Part shown: piece by piece, positions 9,537 through 20,151 of the stretch
How positions within the stretch are numbered: position 1 is the stretch's first letter
Layout of the letters: each line of letters begins with the position of its first letter
Origin: an uncultured Sphingobacterium sp.
GTDB lineage: Bacteria > Bacteroidota > Bacteroidia > Sphingobacteriales > Sphingobacteriaceae
Length of the DNA stretch: 64,000 nt
Direction of reading: 5' to 3'
Assembly: GCA_964356005.1 (NCBI GenBank)
Contig: CAYHGN010000001.1
Location: 1,091-65,090 of the forward strand
Notes under the pieces: model-generated
Told to the model about the DNA's origin: nothing
Seen by the model: the letters and a program-made list of their open reading frames with translations, nothing else
Database searches by the model: none
Made by a program: the position numbers and the translations under genes

Positions 9537-10823
9537 ATGTCAGAATCAGCATCCTTAAAAATAGGAGAACAAACTTACGTACTGCCAATCATTACTGGTA
9601 CTGAAGGTGAAAAGGCTATTGATATTTCTAAACTTCGGGACGCAAGCGGATATATTACTCTTGATTCTGGATATAAAAATACTGGTGCAACAAAAAGTGC
9701 CATCACATTTTTGGATGGGGAAGATGGAATATTAAAATATAGGGGCTATGGTATTGAAGAATTAGCAGAGAAATCAACTTTTATTGAAGTTGCCTACCTT
9801 TTGATTTATGGTGAACTACCAAATCAAGTGAAACTTGATGCCTTTCAGTCGAGTATTTCAAGGCATACATTGGTTCATGAGGATATGAAGAAGTTTTTCG
9901 ATGGCTTTCCTTCAAAATCTCATCCTATGGGTCAGCTTTCTTCATTGATCTGCTCTCTTTCTTCATTTTACCCGGAATCTTTAAATGCTAAACAAACTCC
10001 CGAAGAACAAAACCTGACAATTATCAAGTTATTTGCAAAAATGACTACTGTAGTTTCCTGGATTTATAAGAAATCACTTGGACATCCGATAATATATCCA
10101 CAAAATAGCCTTGATTATGTTAGTAATTTCTTGAACATGACTTTTGGTCAGCGTACTGAAGTGATCGAAATTGATCCTGTGGTGGTGAAGGCAATGAATG
10201 TTTTATTCATTCTGCATGCTGATCATGAACAAAACTGTTCAACTTCTACTGTTCGTATGGTGGGTTCATCAGACTGTAATTTATACGCTTCCATATCTGC
10301 TGGAATTTCAGCACTCTGGGGTCCGCTTCATGGTGGTGCCAACCAGGCAGTAATTGAGATGCTTGAGCAGATTAAAAATGATGGTGGTGATACCGATAAA
10401 TGGATCAATAAAGCAAAAGATAAGAACGATGGCTTCAGATTGATGGGATTTGGTCATCGTGTTTACAAAAATTTTGATCCGCGTGCTAAAATTATTAAAA
10501 AAGCATGTGATGAGATTCTTGACAAACTGGGTATTGATGATCCGGTTTTGGATATTGCCAAGAAACTTGAAACTGCAGCTTTGAACGATCCTTATTTTGT
10601 TGATCGTAAACTTTATCCAAATGTAGATTTCTATTCAGGTATTATTTACCGTGCATTGGGATTTCCAACTGATATGTTCACTGTTCTTTTTGCTTTAGGA
10701 CGTTTACCTGGATGGATTGCTCAATGGAAGGAAATGCGTGAGAATAAAGAACCAATTGGCAGACCAAGACAAATATATACAGGTGAAACAGTTCGAACTT
10801 ATATAGATTTAAAGAATCGTTAA
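9537..10823 (+). CDS. gltA: Citrate synthase
   Basis: ILHADHEQNCSTS, GPLHGGAN, LMGFGHRVYKNFDPRA, YPNVDFYSG. Confidence 0.97.
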   Translation: MSESASLKIGEQTYVLPIITGTEGEKAIDISKLRDASGYITLDSGYKNTGATKSAITFLDGEDGILKYRGYGIEELAEKSTFIEVAYLLIYGELPNQVKLDAFQSSISRHTLVHEDMKKFFDGFPSKSHPMGQLSSLICSLSSFYPESLNAKQTPEEQNLTIIKLFAKMTTVVSWIYKKSLGHPIIYPQNSLDYVSNFLNMTFGQRTEVIEIDPVVVKAMNVLFILHADHEQNCSTSTVRMVGSSDCNLYASISAGISALWGPLHGGANQAVIEMLEQIKNDGGDTDKWINKAKDKNDGFRLMGFGHRVYKNFDPRAKIIKKACDEILDKLGIDDPVLDIAKKLETAALNDPYFVDRKLYPNVDFYSGIIYRALGFPTDMFTVLFALGRLPGWIAQWKEMRENKEPIGRPRQIYTGETVRTYIDLKNR

Positions 10824-10829
10824 TAAAAA

Positions 10830-10988
10830 CAGCCCCGGGTAAAATAAACCTTGCTGGAGGAGGTATTTTCCGGCTATTCGTAATATGAAATACAATGCGA
10901 TTTCTTGCCGGAAATACTCCGTAGGAAAGGGCTGAACCAGCCTATAACACACAGGTATTGATTTTCAAAATCAAATCATTGTGGTTCA
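10830..10988. other. Structured intergenic element (long imperfect hairpin; candidate MITE-like repeat or ncRNA)
   Basis: cagccc/gggctg and ggaggtattttccggc/gccggaaatactcc nested inverted repeats; second hairpin tgaacca...tggttca. Confidence 0.5.
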
Positions 10989-11061
10989 AGAGCCTTATCT
11001 GACCAAATATAACCGTATTTTTTGCTATTCCTTATATCGTTGAACTCAGGTTAATTTAATC

Positions 11062-12336
11062 CTACATCAATATTCCTGCAATGGTAGCCGATAGATAGGA
11101 GGCAAGTGTACCGCATATTAATGCTCTCATTCCAAGTTTGGCAAGGTCTGTCCTTCTTTCGGGAGATAGCTCACCAATTCCTCCAACCTGAATAGCTATG
11201 GAACTAAAATTTGCAAACCCGCATAAGGCAAAACTGGTAATCAATATTGTTTTCGGATCCAGGGTTTCTTTAATCTTTGCCAGGTCGAGATAAGCTACAA
11301 ATTCATTGATCACCATTTTGGTACCCATTAGCGAACCTGCAATTTGAATATCCTTACCTGGAACGCCCATTGCATAAGCAAATATTGAAAAGAGTGCCCC
11401 GAGTATTTGGTTTAAACTTAAAGTCTGCAAATTGATTCCAATAAAAGAAAGGGTTAAACCGAGACTATGAAGGCCATAGCCGATTTTTCCAAGTACAAAG
11501 TCAACCAATGCAATGATTGCAATAAACCCGATTAGCATGGCCACAACATTTAAACCCACTTTTAACCCATCGCTTGCACCATGGGAGATTGCATCCACCA
11601 GATTTGCGTTCGTTTTTTTAATCTCTAAAGACACCCTTCCTTTGGTCTCAGAGATTTCTGTTTCGGGCCATACAATTTTTGAAATAACCAATGCAGCAGG
11701 TGCGGCCATTAAACTGGCAGCTATAAGATATTCTGCCGGTACACCCAGAGCAATGTAAACAGCCATTACACCACCGGCAATACAGGCCATACTGCCGGTC
11801 ATTGAGGCTAATAATTCTGACATGGTCATACCTTTTAAATAAGGTTTGATCATGATTTGTGCCTCAACTTGTCCAACAAATGCACTGGCGACATTAGAAA
11901 GTGCCTCAGAACCTGAAACACCCATTAATTTATAAACGATATAGGCTATGAATTTTACAATACGTTGCATAATTCCCAAATAATAGGCAACACTAACCAA
12001 TACGGCAACAAAAATGATTGTTGGAATAATATTAAAGAAGAATATAAATTCATTGCCATTTCCAAAAGCCTTACTCATGTTGGCGGTATTGACCAATGGG
12101 CCGAATACAAATGCCGCTCCAGCCTGTGAAAAGTTTAGAATTTTTGTAACTGCATCACCAAGCCACGAGAAAATACTTTTGCCAATCGGGATTTTAAGTA
12201 TGAATACTGCAAGAGAGATTTGTATCGCTAAACCGGAAAAAACCAGTTTGTAATTTATTGCTTTTCTATTATTGGACATCAGAAAGGCAATTGCAAAAAT
12301 CAATACAACGCCAATCAGTCCGGTAAATCTCTCCAT
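11062..12336 (-). CDS. nupC: Concentrative nucleoside transporter (NupC/CNT family)
   Basis: FVGQVEA, KMVINEFVAY, ALCGFANFSSIAIQVGG motifs. Confidence 0.92.
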   Translation of the reverse strand: MERFTGLIGVVLIFAIAFLMSNNRKAINYKLVFSGLAIQISLAVFILKIPIGKSIFSWLGDAVTKILNFSQAGAAFVFGPLVNTANMSKAFGNGNEFIFFFNIIPTIIFVAVLVSVAYYLGIMQRIVKFIAYIVYKLMGVSGSEALSNVASAFVGQVEAQIMIKPYLKGMTMSELLASMTGSMACIAGGVMAVYIALGVPAEYLIAASLMAAPAALVISKIVWPETEISETKGRVSLEIKKTNANLVDAISHGASDGLKVGLNVVAMLIGFIAIIALVDFVLGKIGYGLHSLGLTLSFIGINLQTLSLNQILGALFSIFAYAMGVPGKDIQIAGSLMGTKMVINEFVAYLDLAKIKETLDPKTILITSFALCGFANFSSIAIQVGGIGELSPERRTDLAKLGMRALICGTLASYLSATIAGILM

Positions 12337-12407
12337 AAGAATATTGAATTCTGATTAAAACGTGAAATTTAGAAATAAGAATTAGAAATAATACTTTTTA
12401 AAGAAAA

Positions 12408-13004
12408 TTATGATGATTTTCTTCTTGAAAGTTCATCACGTATTTTTGCAGCTTTCTCATAAGCTTCATCAGCCAGGGCATCCTTTAGCTTAGTTTTAAG
12501 TTCATCTTCTGTAAGAGTGCTGAAATTGATAGTTGCAGAAACTACCTTTTCTTCTGTGGGAGCTTCAATATTCTCAAGAAATACAAATTCATTGCCTTCA
12601 ATTACGATCCCCGCAGTAGCTAAGATAAATTCATAAGTGTAAATCGGACAATCAAAACGAACCGCCAAAGCGATGGCATCAGAAGTTCTGGCATCAATCT
12701 CTGAAGTTTTTTTACCGTCGGAGCAAATTAGTTTAGCAAAAAATATCCCATCCACAAGATTATAAATAATAACTTCCTGTATGTTTATGCTGTATGTACC
12801 AGCGAGGGATTTGAATAGATCGTGTGTTAGTGGACGACTTGGAGTCATCTTTTCAATCTCTATTGCAATAGCCTGGGCCTCAAATGCCCCAATGATGATT
12901 GGAAGTCTTCTACGGCCATTTATTTCACCCAATACAAGTGCATAAGCTCCCGACTGAGTTTGGCTGTAAGAAAGGCCTACAATATCTAATTTTATCTTCT
13001 TCAT
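12408..13004 (-). CDS. Bifunctional nuclease (DUF151) family protein with C-terminal UVR domain
   Basis: LPIIIGAFEAQAIA, RPLTHDL, IDARTSDAIALA; EAYEKAAKIRDEL. Confidence 0.92.
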   Translation of the reverse strand: MKKIKLDIVGLSYSQTQSGAYALVLGEINGRRRLPIIIGAFEAQAIAIEIEKMTPSRPLTHDLFKSLAGTYSINIQEVIIYNLVDGIFFAKLICSDGKKTSEIDARTSDAIALAVRFDCPIYTYEFILATAGIVIEGNEFVFLENIEAPTEEKVVSATINFSTLTEDELKTKLKDALADEAYEKAAKIRDELSRRKSS

Positions 13005-13049
13005 TAAATTTGCTAAAAATCAGTGGAGCTCAATTAATCGTTCCGAAGA

Positions 13050-14027
13050 TTAGGAATTTGATTTATAAGCTTTAATTGCCTCAATTAATTTTGGAACAAC
13101 CTCAAATGCGTCACCAACGATTCCATAATCTGCAACTTTGAAAAAGGGAGCCTCGGGGTCTTTGTTGATTACGACAATGGTTTTGGACGAACTAACCCCT
13201 GCAAGATGTTGTATTGCACCGGAAATACCAATGGCAATATAAAGATTAGGGCTGACGGCAATTCCGGTCTGACCAACATGTTCTTCATGCGGGCGCCAAC
13301 CTGCATCAGAAATAGGCTTGGAACAAGCTGTCGCTGCTCCCAAAACAGTAGCTAATTCCTCTATCATACCCCAGTTTTCAGGTCCTTTCATTCCTCGACC
13401 TGCCGAAACCACAAGTTCCGCATCGGGTAGTGCAATTTTATCACTTGCTCTTACAATCTCAGTGATCATTGTTCTAAAATCAGATTCCCTGAATTCAGGA
13501 GTAAAATCTTCTATCATACCAGCTGAGCCACTTTCCTTGACTTGGTATGAGTTTGGATTTAGAGTGATAACCTTAATTGGAGAAACAAGCTCAACAATAG
13601 CGAATGCTTTTCCCGAAAATGCTGTTTTCTTTATCAAAAACTTATCTTTATCAAATTCTGGAAGTTCAACAGCTGAATCAGCAAGACCAGCTTTTAACTT
13701 CACAGCTACACGAGGGGCAAGGCCTTTTGCACTGAAAGTATTAGAGAAAACAATAACTGTTGAGTCTTCCTTTTTGGCTGCTTCAGCAATGATTGACGCA
13801 TATGCCTGATTGACAAAGGACTTTAATTTATCATTTGATACATTGAGCACTTTTGCAGCGCCATATTTTCCAAGACTGCTCAGCACATCCTGGTTTACAT
13901 TTCCTATCGAAATGGCGATTAATTCTGTTTTTAACTGTTCTGCAATAGCAGCTGAATAGGACACAACCTCAAAGATCGATTTCTTGAATTTTCCTTCTGC
14001 ATTCTCCACATATACTAAAACTGACAT
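13050..14027 (-). CDS. etfA: Electron transfer flavoprotein alpha subunit
   Basis: VVSAGRG, VGQTG, LYIAIGISGAIQHLAG, INKDPEAPFF. Confidence 0.96.
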   Translation of the reverse strand: MSVLVYVENAEGKFKKSIFEVVSYSAAIAEQLKTELIAISIGNVNQDVLSSLGKYGAAKVLNVSNDKLKSFVNQAYASIIAEAAKKEDSTVIVFSNTFSAKGLAPRVAVKLKAGLADSAVELPEFDKDKFLIKKTAFSGKAFAIVELVSPIKVITLNPNSYQVKESGSAGMIEDFTPEFRESDFRTMITEIVRASDKIALPDAELVVSAGRGMKGPENWGMIEELATVLGAATACSKPISDAGWRPHEEHVGQTGIAVSPNLYIAIGISGAIQHLAGVSSSKTIVVINKDPEAPFFKVADYGIVGDAFEVVPKLIEAIKAYKSNS

Positions 14028-14074
14028 ATTCTCTTCTTTATAGCCTTAACGGACTTAATGATTTTATTATAGCT

Positions 14075-14812
14075 TTATATTACTTTAGATTTTGTATGAA
14101 GCAAATCAACTAGTTTCTCTGTTTCATCTGCACCCAGCATTGTAACTGAGCCACGTGCTGCAGGAATGGAATAGGTTTGAAAATCAACCAGCTTTTCAAT
14201 TGATGACGCTTCTATAACTTCTAATGGTTTGGTCCTTGCCGACATGATTCCACGCATATTTGGAATTTTAGCCTCAGCAACACCTTCTGCACAACTTGCA
14301 ACAAAGGGGAATGAGACTTGCAACATTTCTTTACCTCCTTCAATTTCACGGATAAGGCTGGCCTGATTGCCATCAATTTCTAATTTTTTGATTATTGATA
14401 TGGATGGGATATCCATGAATTCGCCAATCATTGAAGCAAGCTGAGATCCATTGTAATCAATTGATTCCCTACCGGTTAGTATCATTTCAAAGCCTTTGTC
14501 TTTAGCATAATCAGCAATTTGGGCCGCTACAAAATAAGCGTCGCGGGGAGCTGCATTTATCCGCACAGCATTATCAGCACCAATTGCAAGAGCTTTTCTA
14601 ATCGTTGGTTCAGAACTAAGCTCTCCAACATGTATAATGGTCACAGTGCCTTTCCCACCTTCAGTCAACTCGATAGCACGGGCTAAAGCAATTTCATCAT
14701 AAGGATTCAAAATATATTGAACACCTGCTGTATTGAATTGGGTATTATCGCCGCTAAAAGTTATTTTTGTTGTGGTATCCGGAACATTACTGACACAAAC
14801 TAATACTTTCAT
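14075..14812 (-). CDS. etfB: Electron transfer flavoprotein beta subunit
   Basis: MKVLVCVSNVPDT, LNPYDE, ALAIGAD, REIEGG; TAGATTTG box at 14837-14830. Confidence 0.96.
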   Translation of the reverse strand: MKVLVCVSNVPDTTTKITFSGDNTQFNTAGVQYILNPYDEIALARAIELTEGGKGTVTIIHVGELSSEPTIRKALAIGADNAVRINAAPRDAYFVAAQIADYAKDKGFEMILTGRESIDYNGSQLASMIGEFMDIPSISIIKKLEIDGNQASLIREIEGGKEMLQVSFPFVASCAEGVAEAKIPNMRGIMSARTKPLEVIEASSIEKLVDFQTYSIPAARGSVTMLGADETEKLVDLLHTKSKVI

Positions 14813-14857
14813 ATAGATTTCTGTTTTTGCAAATCTACTCAAAAAACCTAAATTAAA

Positions 14858-15193
14858 ATGCATCAAATCCGTTTACAAAAGCTTTTGGATTTTCTTAAAA
14901 ATGAACCTGAAGATCCTTTTTTAAAATATGCACTTGCTACAGAGTATTTTAACATCAACGACCATGAAAATGCTTTATCTTATTTTGAAGATCTGATTAA
15001 AAATCATCCTGATTATGTTGGAACTTACTATCATTTAGGTAAATTGTATGAAATCATTGATAGAAAGACGGATGCAATAGATATTTATCAAAAAGGGATG
15101 GAGGTTGCAAGAAGTAAAGGAGACATGCATGCTTTTTCAGAATTGCAGTCGGTATTTAATTCTGCGAATGGTTTAGATTACGAAGACGACTAA
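14858..15193 (+). CDS. Small tetratricopeptide repeat protein
   Basis: PEDPFLKYALATEY, PDYVGTYYHLGKLYE TPR-like helices. Confidence 0.85.
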   Translation: MHQIRLQKLLDFLKNEPEDPFLKYALATEYFNINDHENALSYFEDLIKNHPDYVGTYYHLGKLYEIIDRKTDAIDIYQKGMEVARSKGDMHAFSELQSVFNSANGLDYEDD

Positions 15194-15198
15194 ATTTT

Positions 15199-16401
15199 AT
15201 GCTCAGAAAACGTCAGCTTATATTTCTTACTGATGTAATATGGTTTACACTGACAGCATTTGGTGGGGCACAGGCTCATATCGGCATGATGCTAAAAAAT
15301 TTCGTCAAAAAGCGTCAGTATATTTCTGAAAATGAATTGCTGGAGCTTAATGCTCTGACTCAAATCCTTCCTGGACCTTCTTCCACACAAACACTTATTG
15401 GAATAGCTTACAAGGTTGGGGGTCTTCCAATTGCTGTCATCACTTTCATAATCTGGATATTCCCCTCAGCAGTATTGATGTGTCTTGCAGTAATAAGTTA
15501 TACCATTCTGGGCCAAAAGGAAAAGTTTATTCAGGTACTACATTATATTCAGCCGGTAGCTGTTGGTATTGTGGCTTATGCAGCATATGCATTCGGAGAA
15601 AAAGTTTTAAAATCAAAAACATCATTCTGGTTGGCTGCAGTTTCATTATTTGCCACTTTGTTATTGCGAAACGCCTATGCATTTCCAATCCTTATTTTGA
15701 TTGGAGGAATCGTCTCATCCAGCATAAACAAAGAAGTTGAAGAGAATAATTTGAGAGTCAGACTTTTTTCGAATATAAATCCTCAAAAGATAGCCTATTT
15801 TATAGGTGTTCTGCTTTTGTTTGCCGGACTTGGTGCACTAATTAACCGGACATCACCTTTCAGTTTGCCAATCCGTTTGTTTGAGAATTTCTATCGTAAC
15901 GGGATTATGATTTTCGGAGGTGGGCAGGTATTGGTGCCATTTATGTATACTGAATTTGTGGAAATGAAAAGTTATCTGAGCTCAGATGAATTCCTTTCAG
16001 GATATGCTTTTCAGCAAGCTTTACCCGGGCCTACTTTTTCATTCACCTCTTTTGTAGGGGGTATGACAATGAAAAATTCGGGGGCAAGCATTTATGGACA
16101 GATAATGGGAAGTATAATAGCAGTTTTAGGTATAAATCTCCCGGGTTTAATTCTGATTTTATTTATTGTTCCTTTCTGGGATGATCTCAAAAAAATAACA
16201 AGAATCAAGAATTCATTATCGGGCATAAATGCAGTTTCTGTAGGGTTTATGGGTGCTGCATTTTTGTTGCTGATTCATCCTGTTGGAATAAATTACCTAT
16301 CGGTTAGCTTAATTGTAATCACTTTCCTTCTACTTGCATTTACAAGAATCAAAACACCACTAATCATTCTTTCGGCCGTGTTAGTCGGTTTGATTCTTTA
16401 A
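15199..16401 (+). CDS. chrA: Chromate efflux transporter (CHR family)
   Basis: Two CHR halves: AFGGAQAH..QILPGPSSTQ and FGGGQVL..QALPGP. Confidence 0.9.
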   Translation: MLRKRQLIFLTDVIWFTLTAFGGAQAHIGMMLKNFVKKRQYISENELLELNALTQILPGPSSTQTLIGIAYKVGGLPIAVITFIIWIFPSAVLMCLAVISYTILGQKEKFIQVLHYIQPVAVGIVAYAAYAFGEKVLKSKTSFWLAAVSLFATLLLRNAYAFPILILIGGIVSSSINKEVEENNLRVRLFSNINPQKIAYFIGVLLLFAGLGALINRTSPFSLPIRLFENFYRNGIMIFGGGQVLVPFMYTEFVEMKSYLSSDEFLSGYAFQQALPGPTFSFTSFVGGMTMKNSGASIYGQIMGSIIAVLGINLPGLILILFIVPFWDDLKKITRIKNSLSGINAVSVGFMGAAFLLLIHPVGINYLSVSLIVITFLLLAFTRIKTPLIILSAVLVGLIL

Positions 16402-16424
16402 GAAATCATCTCTCAGGCTTATTC

Positions 16425-17990
16425 TTAGAATGGATGTTCATCATCCATATCATCCATTCTGGATGGCCGGATAATAAAGTTGTTCGGTTTCTCAAAATCC
16501 TGCGATGGACTTATACCTGCAAGTGGATTAGGGTTATTTGGAGAGGCGTTGCTGAAATCTTCCTCCAGATCAACAAACTTTACATATTTACCGACAAATC
16601 GCAAGGGTACTGTGCCTGTTTCACCATTTCTATGCTTAGCCACAATCACTTCCCCAATACCAATTGTAGAACGGCCCTGATCATCTTCAGTTAATCCGTA
16701 ATATTCCGGACGGTACAAGAAGAGAACCATATCTGCATCCTGTTCGATAGATCCAGATTCGCGAAGATCCGATAACATAGGCTTCTTGGCTGCACCTGGC
16801 CGGGTTTCTACTGCCCTGCTCAATTGAGATAAGGCAATCACAGGTACGTTTAGTTCTTTTGCAACTGATTTTAAAGCCCTTGAAATACTGCCAATCTCCT
16901 GTTCACGGTTGCCACCTTTGCCATCACTCTTACCATGCATCAGCTGCAGGTAGTCAATGATGATCATTTGGATATCGTATTGAGCTTTTAATCGTCTGCA
17001 TTTTGCTCTGAATTCAAAAATATTCAGTGCAGGAGTATCATCGATAAATAGAGGTGCTTCAGTGAGTGATCCAATTTTGGAGTGAAGTTTTTGCCATTCC
17101 CATTCTGCCAAATGTCCCTTTTTGATTTTTTCCTGTTCGATCTCAGTCTCGCCTGATATCAAACGGTTTACTAATTGAACTGATGACATTTCGAGTGAGA
17201 AAAAGACCACTGGTTTATTAAACTGTACGGCCGCATTACGAGCACAACTCAATACAAAGGCTGTTTTTCCCATAGCGGGCCTTGCAGCAATAATCACCAG
17301 ATCAGAAGGTTGCCAGCCTGAAGTGATGCGATCAAGAGCAGTAAATCCTGAAGGAACACCTGTTAAACCGTCTACTTTATCTTTGATCTTTTCAAGATTT
17401 TCAAGAGATTCTCTGATGATATCATCCATCTTTCTGGAATCTCTCCTTAAATTGTTCTGTGCAATATCGAACAGGTTTTTCTCAGCATGATCCAGAAGAT
17501 CAAAAATATCTGTGGTGTCCTCGTAAGCATTACTAATTATTTCTGTCGATATCCTGATCAACTCCCGCTGTATAAATTTTTGGGAAATAATTCTGGCATG
17601 ATACTCAATGTTTGCAGATGATGCGACACGATTGGTGAGTTCAGTAATATAGTATGCTCCACCAATCATTTCGAGGTCGCCCTGCAGACGTAATTGAGCT
17701 GTAACAGTCAATATATCAACCGGGGAGGATCTTTGAAATAGGATCTGAATGGCTTCAAATATTTTCTGATGGCTGTCTTTGTAAAAAACATCGGGTTTTA
17801 ATATATCGATAACGGCAGAAAGTGCATCTTTTTCAAGCATCAGGGCGCCTAAAACAGCTTCTTCCAAATCCAGCGCCTGAGGTGGTAATTTCCCTAATCC
17901 GCTGGCAATCGTACTCAATTTGTTACGACGCTCAGTTGAAAATGTGTTCTTGTTACTTTTGTTAAATTCCTGATCCTTTTCTAAACTCAT
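16425..17990 (-). CDS. dnaB: Replicative DNA helicase
   Basis: LPPQALDLEEAVLGALM, AARPAMGKT, FSLEMS, IDYLQLM, SDLRESGSIEQDAD; start 17990 or 18008. Confidence 0.97.
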   Translation of the reverse strand: MSLEKDQEFNKSNKNTFSTERRNKLSTIASGLGKLPPQALDLEEAVLGALMLEKDALSAVIDILKPDVFYKDSHQKIFEAIQILFQRSSPVDILTVTAQLRLQGDLEMIGGAYYITELTNRVASSANIEYHARIISQKFIQRELIRISTEIISNAYEDTTDIFDLLDHAEKNLFDIAQNNLRRDSRKMDDIIRESLENLEKIKDKVDGLTGVPSGFTALDRITSGWQPSDLVIIAARPAMGKTAFVLSCARNAAVQFNKPVVFFSLEMSSVQLVNRLISGETEIEQEKIKKGHLAEWEWQKLHSKIGSLTEAPLFIDDTPALNIFEFRAKCRRLKAQYDIQMIIIDYLQLMHGKSDGKGGNREQEIGSISRALKSVAKELNVPVIALSQLSRAVETRPGAAKKPMLSDLRESGSIEQDADMVLFLYRPEYYGLTEDDQGRSTIGIGEVIVAKHRNGETGTVPLRFVGKYVKFVDLEEDFSNASPNNPNPLAGISPSQDFEKPNNFIIRPSRMDDMDDEHPF

Positions 17991-18031
17991 AACATCAAAA
18001 GTATACAAAAATTTAAGTGAAAATTTTTTAG

Positions 18032-18192
18032 TTTTTCACACCGATATTTTTTAGCAATTCACACTATTTGCTTAATGCAGTAAAAATCACGCTTTTATTA
18101 AAATTAATTGTTTACTATTTATGTTAATAATGATAAATGAGCCCTTAAATCAATATATGACTATTGTTAATAACTTTTTATGATGTTGATAA
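18032..18192. promoter_or_regulatory. Cluster of DnaA-box-like 9-mers in the dnaB-rlmB intergenic region
   Basis: tttttcaca 18032, caattcaca 18055, tgttaataa 18122 and 18165, tgttgataa 18184. Confidence 0.5.
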
Positions 18193-18277
18193 ACTTCAAT
18201 ATATTTCAAAAAAAATCACTCATATATATGAAAATGGAAATAATATCTAACTTCGTTGCTTACTATAATCAATAGAA

Positions 18278-19063
18278 ATGTACACTAACTCTTTTAAAAG
18301 AAGAAGGGATAATGAAGGCCATGAATCTAACCAAATGGTATTTGGAATCCGGGCGATTATTGAGGCAATAAAGAGTGGAAAAGAAATTGAAAGTCTCTAC
18401 CTGCAACGGGGTCTTACAGGAGGTATAATTTTAGAACTTCGTTCATTGATAAATGAACAGGAGATCGGATTTCAGCTGGTACCAATAGATAAGCTGAACC
18501 GTTTGACACCAAAGAACCATCAAGGTGCGGTTGCATTTATTTCTCCCATTAGCTATGATAAAATTGAAAATATCATTCCTTCTATATACGAAAAAGGCGA
18601 GGTACCATTAATTTTAATACTGGATGGTATTACGGATGTAAGAAATTTTGGTGCAATTGCCCGCACAGCAGAATGTGCAGGAGTACATGCCTTAATTGTT
18701 CCGGCAAAAGGTTCTGCACAAATCAATCCTGATGCGATAAAAACCTCTGCAGGAGCATTATACAAGATACCGGTATGTCGTCATGATAGTTTATTTAAAA
18801 CAGCTAAATTTCTACAGGAATCTGGTTTGCAGCTTGTTGCATGTACTGAAAAGACGAATGATTATCTTTATCAGCCTGATTATACTGTTCCTACCGCGAT
18901 CATTATGGGCTCAGAAGAAAATGGTATTTCTACAGAACTAATCAGGATAGCTGATCACCTCGCAAAAATACCAATGTATGGAGAAATTGAGTCATTAAAT
19001 GTTTCAGTTTCTGCTGGTATTTTGCTTTATGAAGCAGTAAGGCAAAAATTAGCTCTTAAATAA
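18278..19063 (+). CDS. rlmB: 23S rRNA (Gm2251) 2'-O-methyltransferase, TrmH/SpoU family
   Basis: NHQGAVA, LDGITDVRNFGAIART, IMGSEENG, IPMYGEIESLNVSVS. Confidence 0.93.
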   Translation: MYTNSFKRRRDNEGHESNQMVFGIRAIIEAIKSGKEIESLYLQRGLTGGIILELRSLINEQEIGFQLVPIDKLNRLTPKNHQGAVAFISPISYDKIENIIPSIYEKGEVPLILILDGITDVRNFGAIARTAECAGVHALIVPAKGSAQINPDAIKTSAGALYKIPVCRHDSLFKTAKFLQESGLQLVACTEKTNDYLYQPDYTVPTAIIMGSEENGISTELIRIADHLAKIPMYGEIESLNVSVSAGILLYEAVRQKLALK

Positions 19064-20138
19064 ACTCCGGTCCAAACCGTTGTTTTACATCACCTACAAT
19101 TTGTTTGATTTCCTGTTCCTCGCTTCTCGGACATATAAGTAGCGTATTCTTGTCTTCAACTACAATAAAGTCGTGCAGACCTTGCATAATGACAAGTTTT
19201 CCTTTTGGGACATTAACCATACAATTAGATGAATCGTACATGATAACCATTTCTGAAGGAATTACTACATTACCTACATAATCTTTTTCTGATAAATCAT
19301 ATACAGATGCCCAGGTGCCTAGATCAGACCAGCCAAAATCAGAAGGTAGTACATAAACGTTTTCAGCTTTTTCCATGATACCGTAATCAATAGAAAGGTT
19401 TGTGCACTGGGAAAATGCAGCAAGAACAAATTCCTGTTCCTGTGGTGTATTGTAGATTGCTTCTCCTTCCTTGAAAATATCATTCATCTCAGGTAGATAT
19501 TTTTTAAAGGCATTAAGGATATTTTTTACAGACCAGACAAATATTCCGGCATTCCATAAAAAATCACCACTTTGGACGAATGTTTTGGCCAATTCTTTAT
19601 TTGGTTTTTCGGTAAATGTTTTAACCTTATAGAAATCATCGCCAATCTTTTTTGTATTGTACTGAATGTAGCCATATCCTGTATCAGGTCGGGAAGGCTT
19701 AATACCCAATGAAATCAAACAATCATGTTTTTTAGCAGTCTCCAAAGATTTCTTTATGCAGCGCGTAAATTCTTCTGGATCCATGATAAGATGGTCGGAA
19801 GGTGCTACAACAATCGAGGCTTCAGGGTTAAGTTTAAGAATTTTATGACTTCCATATGCTATACATGGAGCAGTATTACGCATAATTGGTTCTGCAAGTA
19901 TCTGCGATTCATCCAGATTTGGTAACTGCTCTTTTATCAGCTGAATATAGGATTCATTGGTGAGTATAAAGATATTTTCCCGTGGTACAATTTTTAAAAA
20001 TCGATCGTAGGTTTGCTGAATAAGTGTTTTTCCTGTACCCAGGATATCGATAAATTGCTTTGGATGAGCAGTACGGCTAATTGGCCAAAATCTACTGCCA
20101 ATACCTCCTGCCATTATAAGGGCATAATAATTTTTCAT
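19056..20138 (-). CDS. manC: Mannose-1-phosphate guanylyltransferase
   Basis: IMAGGIGSRFWPISR..PKQF, EPIMRNTAP, FTEKP, WNAGIF, GWSDLGTW. Confidence 0.93.
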   Translation of the reverse strand: MKNYYALIMAGGIGSRFWPISRTAHPKQFIDILGTGKTLIQQTYDRFLKIVPRENIFILTNESYIQLIKEQLPNLDESQILAEPIMRNTAPCIAYGSHKILKLNPEASIVVAPSDHLIMDPEEFTRCIKKSLETAKKHDCLISLGIKPSRPDTGYGYIQYNTKKIGDDFYKVKTFTEKPNKELAKTFVQSGDFLWNAGIFVWSVKNILNAFKKYLPEMNDIFKEGEAIYNTPQEQEFVLAAFSQCTNLSIDYGIMEKAENVYVLPSDFGWSDLGTWASVYDLSEKDYVGNVVIPSEMVIMYDSSNCMVNVPKGKLVIMQGLHDFIVVEDKNTLLICPRSEEQEIKQIVGDVKQRFGPEFI

Positions 20139-20151
20139 ATAGATTTTGCTT

